Below the pieces are notes generated by a model. It was given only the letters and a program-made list of their open reading frames with translations. It searched no databases and was not told the DNA's origin. Source: a virus (taxonomy: Duplodnaviria; Caudoviricetes). From it: a DNA stretch of 38,393 nt. A program made the translations under genes and the position numbers. Of the stretch, positions 17,901 to 26,576 are shown piece after piece; the first letter of the stretch is position 1; each line of letters starts with the position of its first letter. Where the stretch lies: IMG/VR virus record IMGVR_UViG_3300035135_002099, positions 1 to 38,393 of that record. One strand, given 5' to 3'.

Positions 17901-20762
17901 AGTACCTCCTGTAGCAAGATTTACTGTACTATACGTTCCGTTTGATCTTGTTATATCAAATGATGCAAGAGTACCTACTGGAATATAGTTAGTACCGTTT
18001 ATTGCTGTGTAAGTTTCTGTATCTAATGGTGCTGTTCCTGAATCTGTAAATGCTGTGATTGCACCCGAGCTGTCTACAGAACTTATCGTAATTGTTATGT
18101 CATTAGTTGGCGAAACTGCTCCTACCGAAGTACCAGAGATTGTAAGTTCTTGGTTAGCTCCATAGTTAGTTCCTCCATTAGCAAGTGTTATAGTGTAAGC
18201 GTTTGTTGCATAAGATACATTAAATTGTGCTCCTGTACCTTCTTTTACTGTAGACTCACTATCGGGATATGAATTTGTATTTGCGGCTGTTCCTGCTACA
18301 CTAAAAGTTAAAATTGCTCCTGAACCATCAACTGTTAAAACGGTTAATGTCAAGTCGTTTGTAATATCAACTCCGCCTAGCAAACTGCCTAATACAGTGA
18401 TAGTATCATTAGCGACAAAATCTACACCAGTAGATCCGCTTTCTGCACTAAATTGCCAACTGTATGTAGTTCCTGTTCTTGTAACAGTAAAGAATATACC
18501 ACTACCAATGTTATTAGTAGTGTATGTAGGATCGTCATATGAAACTACAGCATCTGGTGCAGTTCCTGACACACTAAAGGCTGTTATTTCTCCTGTGCCG
18601 GCATCTACTGTTGTTACAGTTATAATTAAATCATTTGTTAATGTAACACCGCCTAAATTTGAACCATCAATTTGTATAATATCATTTGCTTTATAATTTG
18701 CACTCGTAGTTGTTGTTGTATTCAAATTAACTGATGAATACACATTATTAACATAAGTTACATCAAATCGTGCACCAGTACCTTGTGAGCCTACATTGTT
18801 TGCAGGTACATCATTAAATGTTCCAGTACCGTCATTTGCTGTACCTGATACTACGTTTGTTCCAGTAACTCCGCCAGTGTTTATATCTATTGAAATTATT
18901 TCTATAATTAAATCATTTGTGGGACTTTGACCTCCTAAATTGTTACCTGCAACAACGATTTTGTTTCCTGCTTCGTAACCGCTACCTGCAACAGTAATAG
19001 CATCTACTGTATAAGTACCAGCAGATCTAGTTATCGTAAATTCTGCTCCTACACCTGTGCTTTCTTTATTTTCACCTCCAACATTAGTATAAGTTGCTCT
19101 ATTTCCTATTAATCCCGCTGTAAGTCCTTTTGAAAGATTTACGGTTGAGCCAACAACACTTGTAACATATGTTGCAGAACCGTCACCGCTATTAACAGCA
19201 AGATTAGGCACAATACCTGCAGGGTCAACAACTTCTATTGCTGTATCTCCAAGATTGTAGTCTCCTACTGTTTCGGGAGTCAAATACGTACCGCCACCAG
19301 CACTTTGATCAATTACTTGTGTAACTTGTGTACCTGTAGGAAGTCCAGTTCCAACTAATGGAGCACCTAGTTCTGGCGATGCACCTACTTCCATATCAAA
19401 CGGAAGTATTGTTGCTCCTTGATCCACATTTAATTCTAGTCTCAAAGTACCTGCTGAACCATTACTTTGTATAATAAACTCAGGATTTGTACCTATAGAT
19501 GCTCCTGTGTAAAACGCCGCTTCTCTTAATTGTGTGTAAGTTGTTGCTAGGACATCACCGTTTGTTGTACCAACTTTTGATTTAGCAAAATATGTAAATG
19601 TATTATCAGTTGGCACACTGTTAATAATAAAACTACCTTCTGCTCTTGCAGCACCTACAACAGTGTCTTCTAGTGCTTTAATAGTAATGGGGTTGTTTAC
19701 ACTAAATCCGTGTGGTCCGCCTGTAGTCACTGTAATCAAAGATTGACCAATACCGCTTGTGCCTGCACTTGCATCTGTAACAACACTTACGACTTGTGTA
19801 TCAGTTCCTGGTAATTCGTAGACTGATGGATAGCCACGTAATACTCCAATAGCTGCCCATTTAGTAGGCTGAAGTCCATATTCAAAGTCAGCATCAAGCA
19901 TACTTAGAGGTGGTGCAATACGCATACGTTCAATTGCGTCTGTACCAAAATCAAAAGGCCTTGTTCTTACTTCTTTTTCTTCTACAAATATTTGAACATC
20001 GTCTGTTGAACTGTGGCTGCTTGTATCATAATTTAAACTTATCTGTGTCACACCGTCTGTAGTTTGTAAGAAACTAGTAAAATTACTTGAATCTGTAAAT
20101 ATATCTATAGTGCCGCCGGTTGAAGGATTACTAAAATTATAAATTATTTCATTTTTTGTTGTGTTGGTAATCAATAATAATTCAGATGTATCGTATTTGC
20201 CTATCATTTGAATTGTACCAACTCCTGTTTCTTCAAGAGTAGGTAAAGAACTAAGTCCATTGGTAATTACAGCAATTACAAAATCTGAAAGTGTTTCAAA
20301 CTTTGTTGTTGCATCTGCTTCTGCATCGTCTGAGAGTATAACTTGTGTTTCAAAAACATTTAGTGCTGTAAATGCTGTATTATTAAAAATGTAGTCATGA
20401 ACTAATGTTTGTATAAATGTATGTGTTTGTATTTCAGGTTGACGATCGCCGTCTATCTGTGCAACATCTTGATCCCAGTAGTATCCTGCATACTTGTGTG
20501 TTTTAGAATTTCCGCCATATCTTAAATCATATGCATAACCGTCTACAATTAATCCAACATCTCTTTCGCATTTTTCTGTATTATAAGTATATCCAACAAA
20601 CCCCGATGCGCCAGCTGATACTTGGCTTGCTATCCATGCTGTAGCTTCTTTTTGTATAAATGCTTTGTTTTGTGTTAGTAAAGCATATGCATTAGGATAT
20701 ACATTTCCTAAAACTCCTATGCCTGGTTTGAATACATAATTTTTAATTTGTCTTTTTGCCAT
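14925..20762 (-). CDS. Giant virion structural / fibre protein (1945 aa) with an N-terminal helical module and five internal beta-rich repeats
   Basis: Long T/G/S/V-rich ORF in the fibre cluster. Repeats GxGAxFxVT...LGGxxPTNDLxITV...SGTA. Confidence 0.75.
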   Translation of the reverse strand: MAKRQIKNYVFKPGIGVLGNVYPNAYALLTQNKAFIQKEATAWIASQVSAGASGFVGYTYNTEKCERDVGLIVDGYAYDLRYGGNSKTHKYAGYYWDQDVAQIDGDRQPEIQTHTFIQTLVHDYIFNNTAFTALNVFETQVILSDDAEADATTKFETLSDFVIAVITNGLSSLPTLEETGVGTIQMIGKYDTSELLLITNTTKNEIIYNFSNPSTGGTIDIFTDSSNFTSFLQTTDGVTQISLNYDTSSHSSTDDVQIFVEEKEVRTRPFDFGTDAIERMRIAPPLSMLDADFEYGLQPTKWAAIGVLRGYPSVYELPGTDTQVVSVVTDASAGTSGIGQSLITVTTGGPHGFSVNNPITIKALEDTVVGAARAEGSFIINSVPTDNTFTYFAKSKVGTTNGDVLATTYTQLREAAFYTGASIGTNPEFIIQSNGSAGTLRLELNVDQGATILPFDMEVGASPELGAPLVGTGLPTGTQVTQVIDQSAGGGTYLTPETVGDYNLGDTAIEVVDPAGIVPNLAVNSGDGSATYVTSVVGSTVNLSKGLTAGLIGNRATYTNVGGENKESTGVGAEFTITRSAGTYTVDAITVAGSGYEAGNKIVVAGNNLGGQSPTNDLIIEIISIDINTGGVTGTNVVSGTANDGTGTFNDVPANNVGSQGTGARFDVTYVNNVYSSVNLNTTTTTSANYKANDIIQIDGSNLGGVTLTNDLIITVTTVDAGTGEITAFSVSGTAPDAVVSYDDPTYTTNNIGSGIFFTVTRTGTTYSWQFSAESGSTGVDFVANDTITVLGSLLGGVDITNDLTLTVLTVDGSGAILTFSVAGTAANTNSYPDSESTVKEGTGAQFNVSYATNAYTITLANGGTNYGANQELTISGTSVGAVSPTNDITITISSVDSSGAITAFTDSGTAPLDTETYTAINGTNYIPVGTLASFDITRSNGTYSTVNLATGGTGYLDGDIIVISGNLIGGQTPQNDISITVQTSSQPTGQISSIVVNANPASTGDPFDLISTVLITEQASQLLLKDALITFSELATLDVTFDSNHGLVPGDTFIVAITSDDTSNNHKLAGGSFFVTEVPTLTSLRYQARTAGTIDTSNGNNVKGIVYPRPDSFFVHRPYDGGVQLGTGGPQHGAQAIRQSKKYIRYQSGKGIMYTTGALFAPSYDLRSVTADGVEVNSTITVTTDDNDHGVQVGGRIRLIGIETPGYNSGPETAVPPEFEYEVIDVVDERTFKVRSQRRLGDTNAVLGFGSQMSVVGWHGATVRSGIFDDQNGIFWEFDGTQISVVQRTGTRQLAGTVALQVDQNTMTGTNTRFQDQLKAGDRIVIGGMTHVVTSVTSQTAATVTPDWRGVVNTSGKKANLIVDKKVKQSEFNLDRLDGTGPSGYDIDIAKMQMIGIQYSWYGAGFIDFMLRGSDGNFVFCHRMRNSNVNTEAFMRSGNLPVRYEVTNEGPSGKLAVAMDNTQDTIVLEDSSFFPTAGTVYIDNEIITFNGNDYATHTLTGCTRSATFTNFQAGADRSYTAGAADAHDARTGVVLISQTITPLISHWGSAFLTDGGFDEDRGYIFSYTEGAEASVEKTTSFLIRLAPTVSNALIGDLGERELLNRAQLLLQSLEITSDGVDGSNNPITGGIVIEGILNPKNYPLNPGDVQWQGLSTQAQGGQPSFAQVASGGAITWVSSQSGPTTQTVTYQGNMTLSGITNSDVVDANGNGFFNTTDNFMYVYASNLDPLGLRVGATCNTVPFNGRRVTQIIGPVDYGFPGGPEYEVYFDGNASNEGQDYQAGSLSLDFTFNTATKQSPTAYYTEASWEASGLLTGAAIDSTDTNYPAGTVVASVVEKNFGTTNYYEVTHNNSALGILSGGTNVIYNATIPEYALPGETIFSFVATPGERATVDFSTLKELTNTPLGGRGTYPNGPDVLAINISKTKGIATDTKIILRWGEAQA
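17770..19060 (-). repeat. Five tandem degenerate ~85-90 aa repeats within the 1945-aa protein (approximate bounds)
   Basis: Cores LGGQSPTNDLII, LGGVTLTNDLII, LGGVDITNDLTL, VGAVSPTNDITI, IGGQTPQNDISI. Confidence 0.8.
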
Positions 20763-20765
20763 GTT

Positions 20766-21647
20766 TTATAACCCAAATGCTATTGCCAATGCTGTTGCTG
20801 TGGTATCTACATACCCTTTATTTGCAACATCGTTTGCTGTTGTTGCTGTGCTTGATACCGTTGCACTTGTAAAAGCAGCAGTTGATGGCGTTGTGCTTCC
20901 TATCGTTGTATTATTTATGCTGGTATTAATTAGTGGTAACGATAAGCCGGAAGTAGATAATGTACCTTGACTTACGTTATCAATCTTAAATACTATTTCA
21001 TTTGTTGCACCTAAATTTAAGTTTGTACTTGACAGAACATCTGATATTCCTGTTCCTGCTACATTAAGTGTGCCACCGACATACATGTCTCCTGTCATGC
21101 CGAGTCCGCCATCTATTTTTAGTGTGCCAGTTGTTGTAGATGTTGAAGCTACTTGCCCTGTAAGTTCTACAGTACCAAAAACTCCTTGCGGATCTGTTAT
21201 ATTAATTGTACCAAAATTTGCTTGTGCTATGTCTGTATAATATAAAACATCAGGTGCATCAATAGATACAGACAATCTTAACTGTCCATCTACTTCACCT
21301 TGTGCATCGTCAAGGGTGTCGCCAGCACTGTGTACTAATCCTGTGCTATACAAATCTGTTTGGTTTGTATTGTAAATATAAAATCCACTAGCAATAGATA
21401 GATCAAAAAGATATGAAGATTGCCTTGCTAATGTAAGGGTTGGAAATGCATCAACTCCTTGTTCACTAATAAAAACTTCATCATTAGAACCTGTAACAGT
21501 AAAGTCGACAATATTACTGTCTCCGCTTGTAGGTGCTGTTGCAGTGCTTATACTGTTTGCAATTATATTACCAGCTGTATCAACAGAAAATCCCGGACCT
21601 TTAAATCCATATTCTGACTCAAATGGGGATTGTTGTGCTAATTTCAT
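20766..21647 (-). CDS. Virion fibre-associated protein with a degenerate cupredoxin-like domain
   Basis: PTLTLARQSSYLF...DAPDVLYY, STSTTTGTLKIDGGLG, IGSTTPSTAAFT, C-terminal ANKGYVD...ALAIAFG. AGGAGA RBS at 21653-21658. Confidence 0.65.
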   Translation of the reverse strand: MKLAQQSPFESEYGFKGPGFSVDTAGNIIANSISTATAPTSGDSNIVDFTVTGSNDEVFISEQGVDAFPTLTLARQSSYLFDLSIASGFYIYNTNQTDLYSTGLVHSAGDTLDDAQGEVDGQLRLSVSIDAPDVLYYTDIAQANFGTINITDPQGVFGTVELTGQVASTSTTTGTLKIDGGLGMTGDMYVGGTLNVAGTGISDVLSSTNLNLGATNEIVFKIDNVSQGTLSTSGLSLPLINTSINNTTIGSTTPSTAAFTSATVSSTATTANDVANKGYVDTTATALAIAFGL

Positions 21648-21665
21648 GTCTATCTCCTGCTATTG

Positions 21666-21673
21666 TATTTATC
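21666..21673 (-). promoter_or_regulatory. Late-like promoter GATAAATA
   Basis: Exact motif just upstream of the RBS of the 293-aa gene. Confidence 0.65.
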
Positions 21674-21691
21674 GATAACAGTAGTATACAC

Positions 21692-22090
21692 TTAGCTTAT
21701 ATTTTGATTATGAAAATATTGAGGTGTAAAAATTAGTTTTGAACCTTCTAAACTTGCATTTTTTGGTGATGCATATAGTTCAACGTATGATTCATTTACA
21801 AAAACATCAAGTGTAATTAATTCTTGATTTGTATTATTCCTTGCATAGATAACAACACTGGCATCGTTGATAGTCGCTGTAACAAGACATTTAATTATTT
21901 CCTTGTTGCCTGTATTTAAATCACAAAATATTGTGTATTCTGCGGCGCCTAAATCTCTTACATGCCATCTGTCAACTAATGTATTAGTAAAAACTTGTTT
22001 CCAAGGTCCGTTGTGAGAAGTCCCAGCATTATTTTTTACTAGTATTGTATTTTGTAACCCATTTGTAAACCATCTAGAAATATCGAACAT
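21692..22090 (-). CDS. Small beta-rich protein, probably virion structural (132 aa)
   Basis: AAGGA RBS and AATAAATA at 22109-22116. VDRW...AAEYTI...EIIKCLV...VELYASP resembles beta-sandwich repeats of T4-like fibre proteins. Confidence 0.55.
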   Translation of the reverse strand: MFDISRWFTNGLQNTILVKNNAGTSHNGPWKQVFTNTLVDRWHVRDLGAAEYTIFCDLNTGNKEIIKCLVTATINDASVVIYARNNTNQELITLDVFVNESYVELYASPKNASLEGSKLIFTPQYFHNQNIS

Positions 22091-22115
22091 AGTTTTTCCT
22101 TGCTTAACTATTTAT

Positions 22116-23927
22116 TCAATTTTTCAGTGTAATAAGTTTACCGTATTCTGGAATATAGAGATATTCTATTTCACTTTCAGCCAATGTCCTACATGCATCG
22201 TCTAGTGTTTCAACTAGAGGTTCGCCGCCTAAATTAAAACTGGTATTGAAAATTATAGGACACTTAGTTTTTTCTTTAAATGTTTTAATAATATCATAAT
22301 AAATCGGATTTTGATCTTTATTCACAGTTTGAATTCTGCAAGTACCGTCTATGTGAATAATTGCAGGAATTTTCTCCTCAACACCGTCTTGGCAATTTAC
22401 AGCATACATCATTGTGGGAGAGCTTTCCATGCCGCGTAGATCAAACCATTCGTGTACATCTTCTTCTAGAATAGATCCCGCAAATGGGCGGAAATATTCT
22501 CTTCTCTTAATACGATTTACCCAGTCTTTGCCGTCCTTAAATGTAGGATCAAACATTAAACTTCTATTACCTAATGCTCGTGGACCGTTTTCACTTTGTC
22601 CTTGAAATAATGCAACAATATTTTTTTGCGTCATTAATTCTACAACTTCTTCGTGTGAGCTATCTTTAATTTCTCCGTTGTATTTTTCTACAACTTTATC
22701 TATTTCGTTTAAACTATAGTCGTATTTTGGACCTAAATAAACATTATCAACCCTGCCGTGATTTTTGTTATCTTTAGATATTTGTCTATAATACAACCAA
22801 GCTGCACCAATAGCTGTTCCTGCATCGTTCGATACAGGCTCGACATAAAGATTAATTCCTAGTTCATTTAATTTGGTGAGATAATGATAATTAGCCACAC
22901 AGTTTAGTGCATATCCTCCTGATAGAACAACATTTTTTATTCCTGTTCTATTTACAGCTGCAATAATTGTGTCTAATGCAACATCTTGAGTTTCGATCTG
23001 GCATTGATAGGCTAGGTTTCTTCGACTGTCTAAAGTTGTTAAATCATCAGTTTGTTCTAAATCTGTATCTCTTAATGCATTGTAAGTTTGCCAGTTTATT
23101 ATAGATCCCATTGGATACCAAGGCACAACTAAGTTTCTATTACTCTTAGTAAACACATCATTTTTATCAAAAAGTGAAGGAATATTTTCGTCTCGTTTAC
23201 CATAAGGAAATAGCCCCATAGTTTTTCCTGCTTCAATTGTACTAAAGCCTAAAAAGTCTGTAACACCTTCATACACTTTTGTTATTCCAGACGATTCGCT
23301 TATAATAAGATCATAATCATTAGACTCGTTGCCTTCTTCTTTTGCCCTAGTTACAATAGTTCCTATTGGACCTTTTGTTCCAATATGTTTATATACAGTA
23401 CTAATGTTATCAGGATACTTGCATTCAAAAATTGTTTCAGTTTCCCAACCTACATCGTCATACCTCATTTCTGGTATATTCAAAGGAAACATTGTGCCAG
23501 CGCCATCAATAACTACTGCTGTCGCTTCGTCAAAACCTGATCTATAAAATGCACATGCAGCATGTAACTTGTGATGCTGATAAGCCATATCTATAACTTG
23601 CGGATGATTAAGGTCATCAATATTTCTATCTATAAGTCCTAATTTTCTAGCCATTGAAGTATAAATATCTTCTTGTGTATAATCAGTCTTAATATACCCA
23701 TCAATTTTCAATGAAGAAGTATGTGCTACAACTAGCCAATCAATTTTATCTGTATATTCTAGAATTTTTACCATTGATGCAAAAGGAGTGCCGTCGTATT
23801 TTGTTCTAGTAAGTCTTTCTTCCTCCATACTAAAAACAACTTCGCCGTCTTTTAGCAAACAGACACCTGCATTATGACCCCTTGTTATTGCTGCTATATA
23901 ACCAGTTTGATTATTTGTCGTCTTCAT
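22116..23927 (-). CDS. O-carbamoyltransferase, NodU/CmcH/TobZ family
   Basis: EEERLTRTK, HHKLHAACAF, VIDGAG, GKTMGL, SGGYALNCVAN, DAGTAIGAA, GPRALGNRS, KRREYFRPFA, HIDGTCRIQTV, NTSFNLGGEPLV. Confidence 0.92.
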   Translation of the reverse strand: MKTTNNQTGYIAAITRGHNAGVCLLKDGEVVFSMEEERLTRTKYDGTPFASMVKILEYTDKIDWLVVAHTSSLKIDGYIKTDYTQEDIYTSMARKLGLIDRNIDDLNHPQVIDMAYQHHKLHAACAFYRSGFDEATAVVIDGAGTMFPLNIPEMRYDDVGWETETIFECKYPDNISTVYKHIGTKGPIGTIVTRAKEEGNESNDYDLIISESSGITKVYEGVTDFLGFSTIEAGKTMGLFPYGKRDENIPSLFDKNDVFTKSNRNLVVPWYPMGSIINWQTYNALRDTDLEQTDDLTTLDSRRNLAYQCQIETQDVALDTIIAAVNRTGIKNVVLSGGYALNCVANYHYLTKLNELGINLYVEPVSNDAGTAIGAAWLYYRQISKDNKNHGRVDNVYLGPKYDYSLNEIDKVVEKYNGEIKDSSHEEVVELMTQKNIVALFQGQSENGPRALGNRSLMFDPTFKDGKDWVNRIKRREYFRPFAGSILEEDVHEWFDLRGMESSPTMMYAVNCQDGVEEKIPAIIHIDGTCRIQTVNKDQNPIYYDIIKTFKEKTKCPIIFNTSFNLGGEPLVETLDDACRTLAESEIEYLYIPEYGKLITLKN

Positions 23928-24858
23928 CTTTTTCTTTTCCTAGAACCCTATCTATAATATAATCGTGAACTTCTTCGTTCATTGACATAATATTTTCATT
24001 ATGTCTTGATGTTGCTTCGTCTGGCATAATTCTAATAGGGTCGTAAATTCTATTATGCATTCCTAAGTCAACAATTTCCACACCTTCAGTATCGGGATAT
24101 GATACATTAATAGGATACGTTGCACCTAGCACTACTGTTTGGTTTGTATCAACAGCATGAGCTAAGTGTTGTCCTACACTATCGCACCCTAAAAAATGAT
24201 CTGAATATTTCATTACTGCTGCCCATTGCCTCAAAGAAACATTTTCTGGCATGGCAACTTCATCTTTAAACTTATCTCCGCTAAAATCAAAAACCATTTC
24301 TGCCATTATTATAACAGCAAAGTTTTCTTCTTGTAATTTGCGTATTAAGGCTTTTAAATCTTTGAATTCAATACTTCTTCCACTAGAATCAACGAAGCTA
24401 TCATCTAAAACTTGTAATGTTCTACCGAAAGGCTGAATAACAATAACCTTGTCTTTTTTAAGTTTTTCTTTTACCTGGCTTACAATTTGTCTACCTGATA
24501 CAAGTTCTTCTTTAGATAATCTTAGTAAAGGTTTGGGCAATTCTCTTATGCCTTTACCATTTATTTCAATATCAAATGCTTGTGCAATACTACATTGTTG
24601 ATTGTAATATTCCCAAACACGATAGGGTTCTGTTGTAAAACAGTCTCTATCTTTTACTTTGTCTTTAAATAAATTTTTTGTCCAAGAATCATATGCTTTG
24701 TCATCTAGTAGTGGATGACCTTTGTATGCATCTGTTCCGCCTTCACATACAATTATAAAGTCATCATCTCCTGATTCTTTAGCATATAATTCAAGAGCTG
24801 GAATTGACGATAACATTCTTCCGTAACCGCCATTCACAAAAAAAGCCTTTGATCTCAT
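23911..24858 (-). CDS. GT-B glycosyltransferase, GT9/heptosyltransferase-like
   Basis: N-terminal FFVNGGYGRMLSSIPAL, IVIQPFG, and LRQWAAVMKYSDHFLGCDSVGQHLAHA...VVLGAT (GT9 pattern FxGxDSxxxHLAxA). GAGGA RBS at 24864-24868. Confidence 0.72.
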   Translation of the reverse strand: MRSKAFFVNGGYGRMLSSIPALELYAKESGDDDFIIVCEGGTDAYKGHPLLDDKAYDSWTKNLFKDKVKDRDCFTTEPYRVWEYYNQQCSIAQAFDIEINGKGIRELPKPLLRLSKEELVSGRQIVSQVKEKLKKDKVIVIQPFGRTLQVLDDSFVDSSGRSIEFKDLKALIRKLQEENFAVIIMAEMVFDFSGDKFKDEVAMPENVSLRQWAAVMKYSDHFLGCDSVGQHLAHAVDTNQTVVLGATYPINVSYPDTEGVEIVDLGMHNRIYDPIRIMPDEATSRHNENIMSMNEEVHDYIIDRVLGKEKDEDDK

Positions 24859-24929
24859 TTTAATCCTCTAAGCAAATATTATATAAATTTACTTAGCTGT
24901 ATGTTTCAAAGGCTTTTTAAGTTTTGGTT

Positions 24930-25565
24930 TTATTCATTCCATTGCGGAGCAAGTGGAAATGGAATCTTGAAAGGTGCAACACCATCATAGGTTGTAGCAA
25001 CATTTTCAAAAAACGCTTTGTATTCGTTTATTGCAGTTGTCATTGCTTCGTTCTGTATAGACATGTCAATATTTCCAATTAGTTCTAAATGGTTTGCGAT
25101 TGCCGCATCAAATTGCTCTTGTGTAATTGCACTTGTCTCGTATTCTAAACCACTAAATGTATCTGTATCAGCATCATATGACCAATTTGGTGACCATCTG
25201 TCATAGATGACATCTAATACACCGCTTTCATTTGGATAGTCATACGTATAAACTTCGCCTGTTGGTAAAGTTTCTTCATAGTTGTCTATATCTTCATTTG
25301 TATACCTATCTGTAAGGAAAGATATTTCCATTGGGTGTGCATCTGCATCGATCAAATGATATTCCATTTCATCGTCTACAAAATCTGATGCATTATAATC
25401 GTCTGCACTGTTAAAGTAGCCTTCGTGCGTTTGAACTTTGCCATCTTTGGTGCTTATAACACAGTACCTAGCACCTTCGTAAGTACATGTTACAGTTTTC
25501 CCGTCAGATGTTGAACTTGAAAAAGGTTCATTTGGTACATTAACTGTAAATTGCTTTGTAATCAT
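24930..25565 (-). CDS. Acidic protein, possible tail-fibre assembly chaperone
   Basis: Follows the Cys-rich trio. C-terminal YKAFFENVA...PFKIPFPLAP resembles the YRxxLRDxP...(W/F)PxxP end of fibre chaperones. Confidence 0.45.
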   Translation of the reverse strand: MITKQFTVNVPNEPFSSSTSDGKTVTCTYEGARYCVISTKDGKVQTHEGYFNSADDYNASDFVDDEMEYHLIDADAHPMEISFLTDRYTNEDIDNYEETLPTGEVYTYDYPNESGVLDVIYDRWSPNWSYDADTDTFSGLEYETSAITQEQFDAAIANHLELIGNIDMSIQNEAMTTAINEYKAFFENVATTYDGVAPFKIPFPLAPQWNE

Positions 25566-25568
25566 CTT

Positions 25569-26573
25569 TTAACTCCTAATAAATTGTATTCTTACAGCAC
25601 CGTGTGCGCCGCGAGTGGCGTGGTCTCTAATTCCAGAACATGTTTTCCCTCCATATCCCGGTATTCCGTGTGATGCAACTGGTGTACATCCGTTGTATTC
25701 ATAACAACCACAGTACATGTTGCTATCCCAGCATCCGTACATCGGTTGTGCTTGTGTTGGTGATTTAGCATGACCTGCTATAGATTGTATATAGCTAGGA
25801 AATCCGCTTGTCCTCATCGGAACAAAACTATGTCCACACATGTAACCATATTTTAATGATTGTTGTTCAGGACCATATACTCCTGCAGCTACTTGTAGGT
25901 ATCCAATAAAACAGTTTGTGCAACAGTTATTACAATGTCCTGCAAAGAGACAACTAAAACCGCCGCCACAGTTTATATCACCACCGTACGCTGTTGGTAA
26001 GAAGTTGAATGAACTACCATAGTTACATATAATGCCGCAACCATTTGATCCTATTTGTGTAGCACAATAGTTACAACTTCTGTATCTACACAACACTGAA
26101 CAACTTTCTTGGCACAAATGCATTCCTCCCATGCCGCCTTGGGCACAAAGACAGAAGCATGAGCTGTTTCCTGTTGGGCCTGTAAATGTCCCATTTGGTG
26201 AGCAAGCTGTTATTTGAGCTGGTTGACTACACCCTCTAAAACATAAAGAGCTCGAATTACCGCAACTAAATCCTATTTGATCGTCTCTAATACAAAATCT
26301 TGTTGAAGAATCTACATTCACTGTTCTTTTTAAATATGCTCCAGGATTTCCTGGCAAACCTATAGCACAGCAACACATCATAGCGCCACTACCTGATGCT
26401 CCCCATACTTCAATTATTGCTTGTCCGGCTGCTGGCATGCAAACAGTTGCTCTACAACAAAAATAAGCATTCATTGTTCCAGGAGTAACATAGTAAACTT
26501 TACCTTTTTCTATGTTCTGATCGTTTGATTCTGCTCCACTATATTTTGAAAGTATTCCACTTAAATTTGCCAT
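25569..26573 (-). CDS. Cys/Gly-rich adhesin-like protein, paralog 3 (about 33 Cys)
   Basis: IEVWGASGSGAMMCCC...PGNPGAY...GGDINC...CGCYE...RGAHGAVRIQF. Confidence 0.7.
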   Translation of the reverse strand: MANLSGILSKYSGAESNDQNIEKGKVYYVTPGTMNAYFCCRATVCMPAAGQAIIEVWGASGSGAMMCCCAIGLPGNPGAYLKRTVNVDSSTRFCIRDDQIGFSCGNSSSLCFRGCSQPAQITACSPNGTFTGPTGNSSCFCLCAQGGMGGMHLCQESCSVLCRYRSCNYCATQIGSNGCGIICNYGSSFNFLPTAYGGDINCGGGFSCLFAGHCNNCCTNCFIGYLQVAAGVYGPEQQSLKYGYMCGHSFVPMRTSGFPSYIQSIAGHAKSPTQAQPMYGCWDSNMYCGCYEYNGCTPVASHGIPGYGGKTCSGIRDHATRGAHGAVRIQFIRS

Positions 26574-26576
26574 GTT

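Noticed and set aside
24859-24929. Intergenic gap as a terminator or small RNA
   Set aside because: No convincing stem-loop. Only a weak late-like variant GCTAAGTA (24890-24897) and an RBS are visible.
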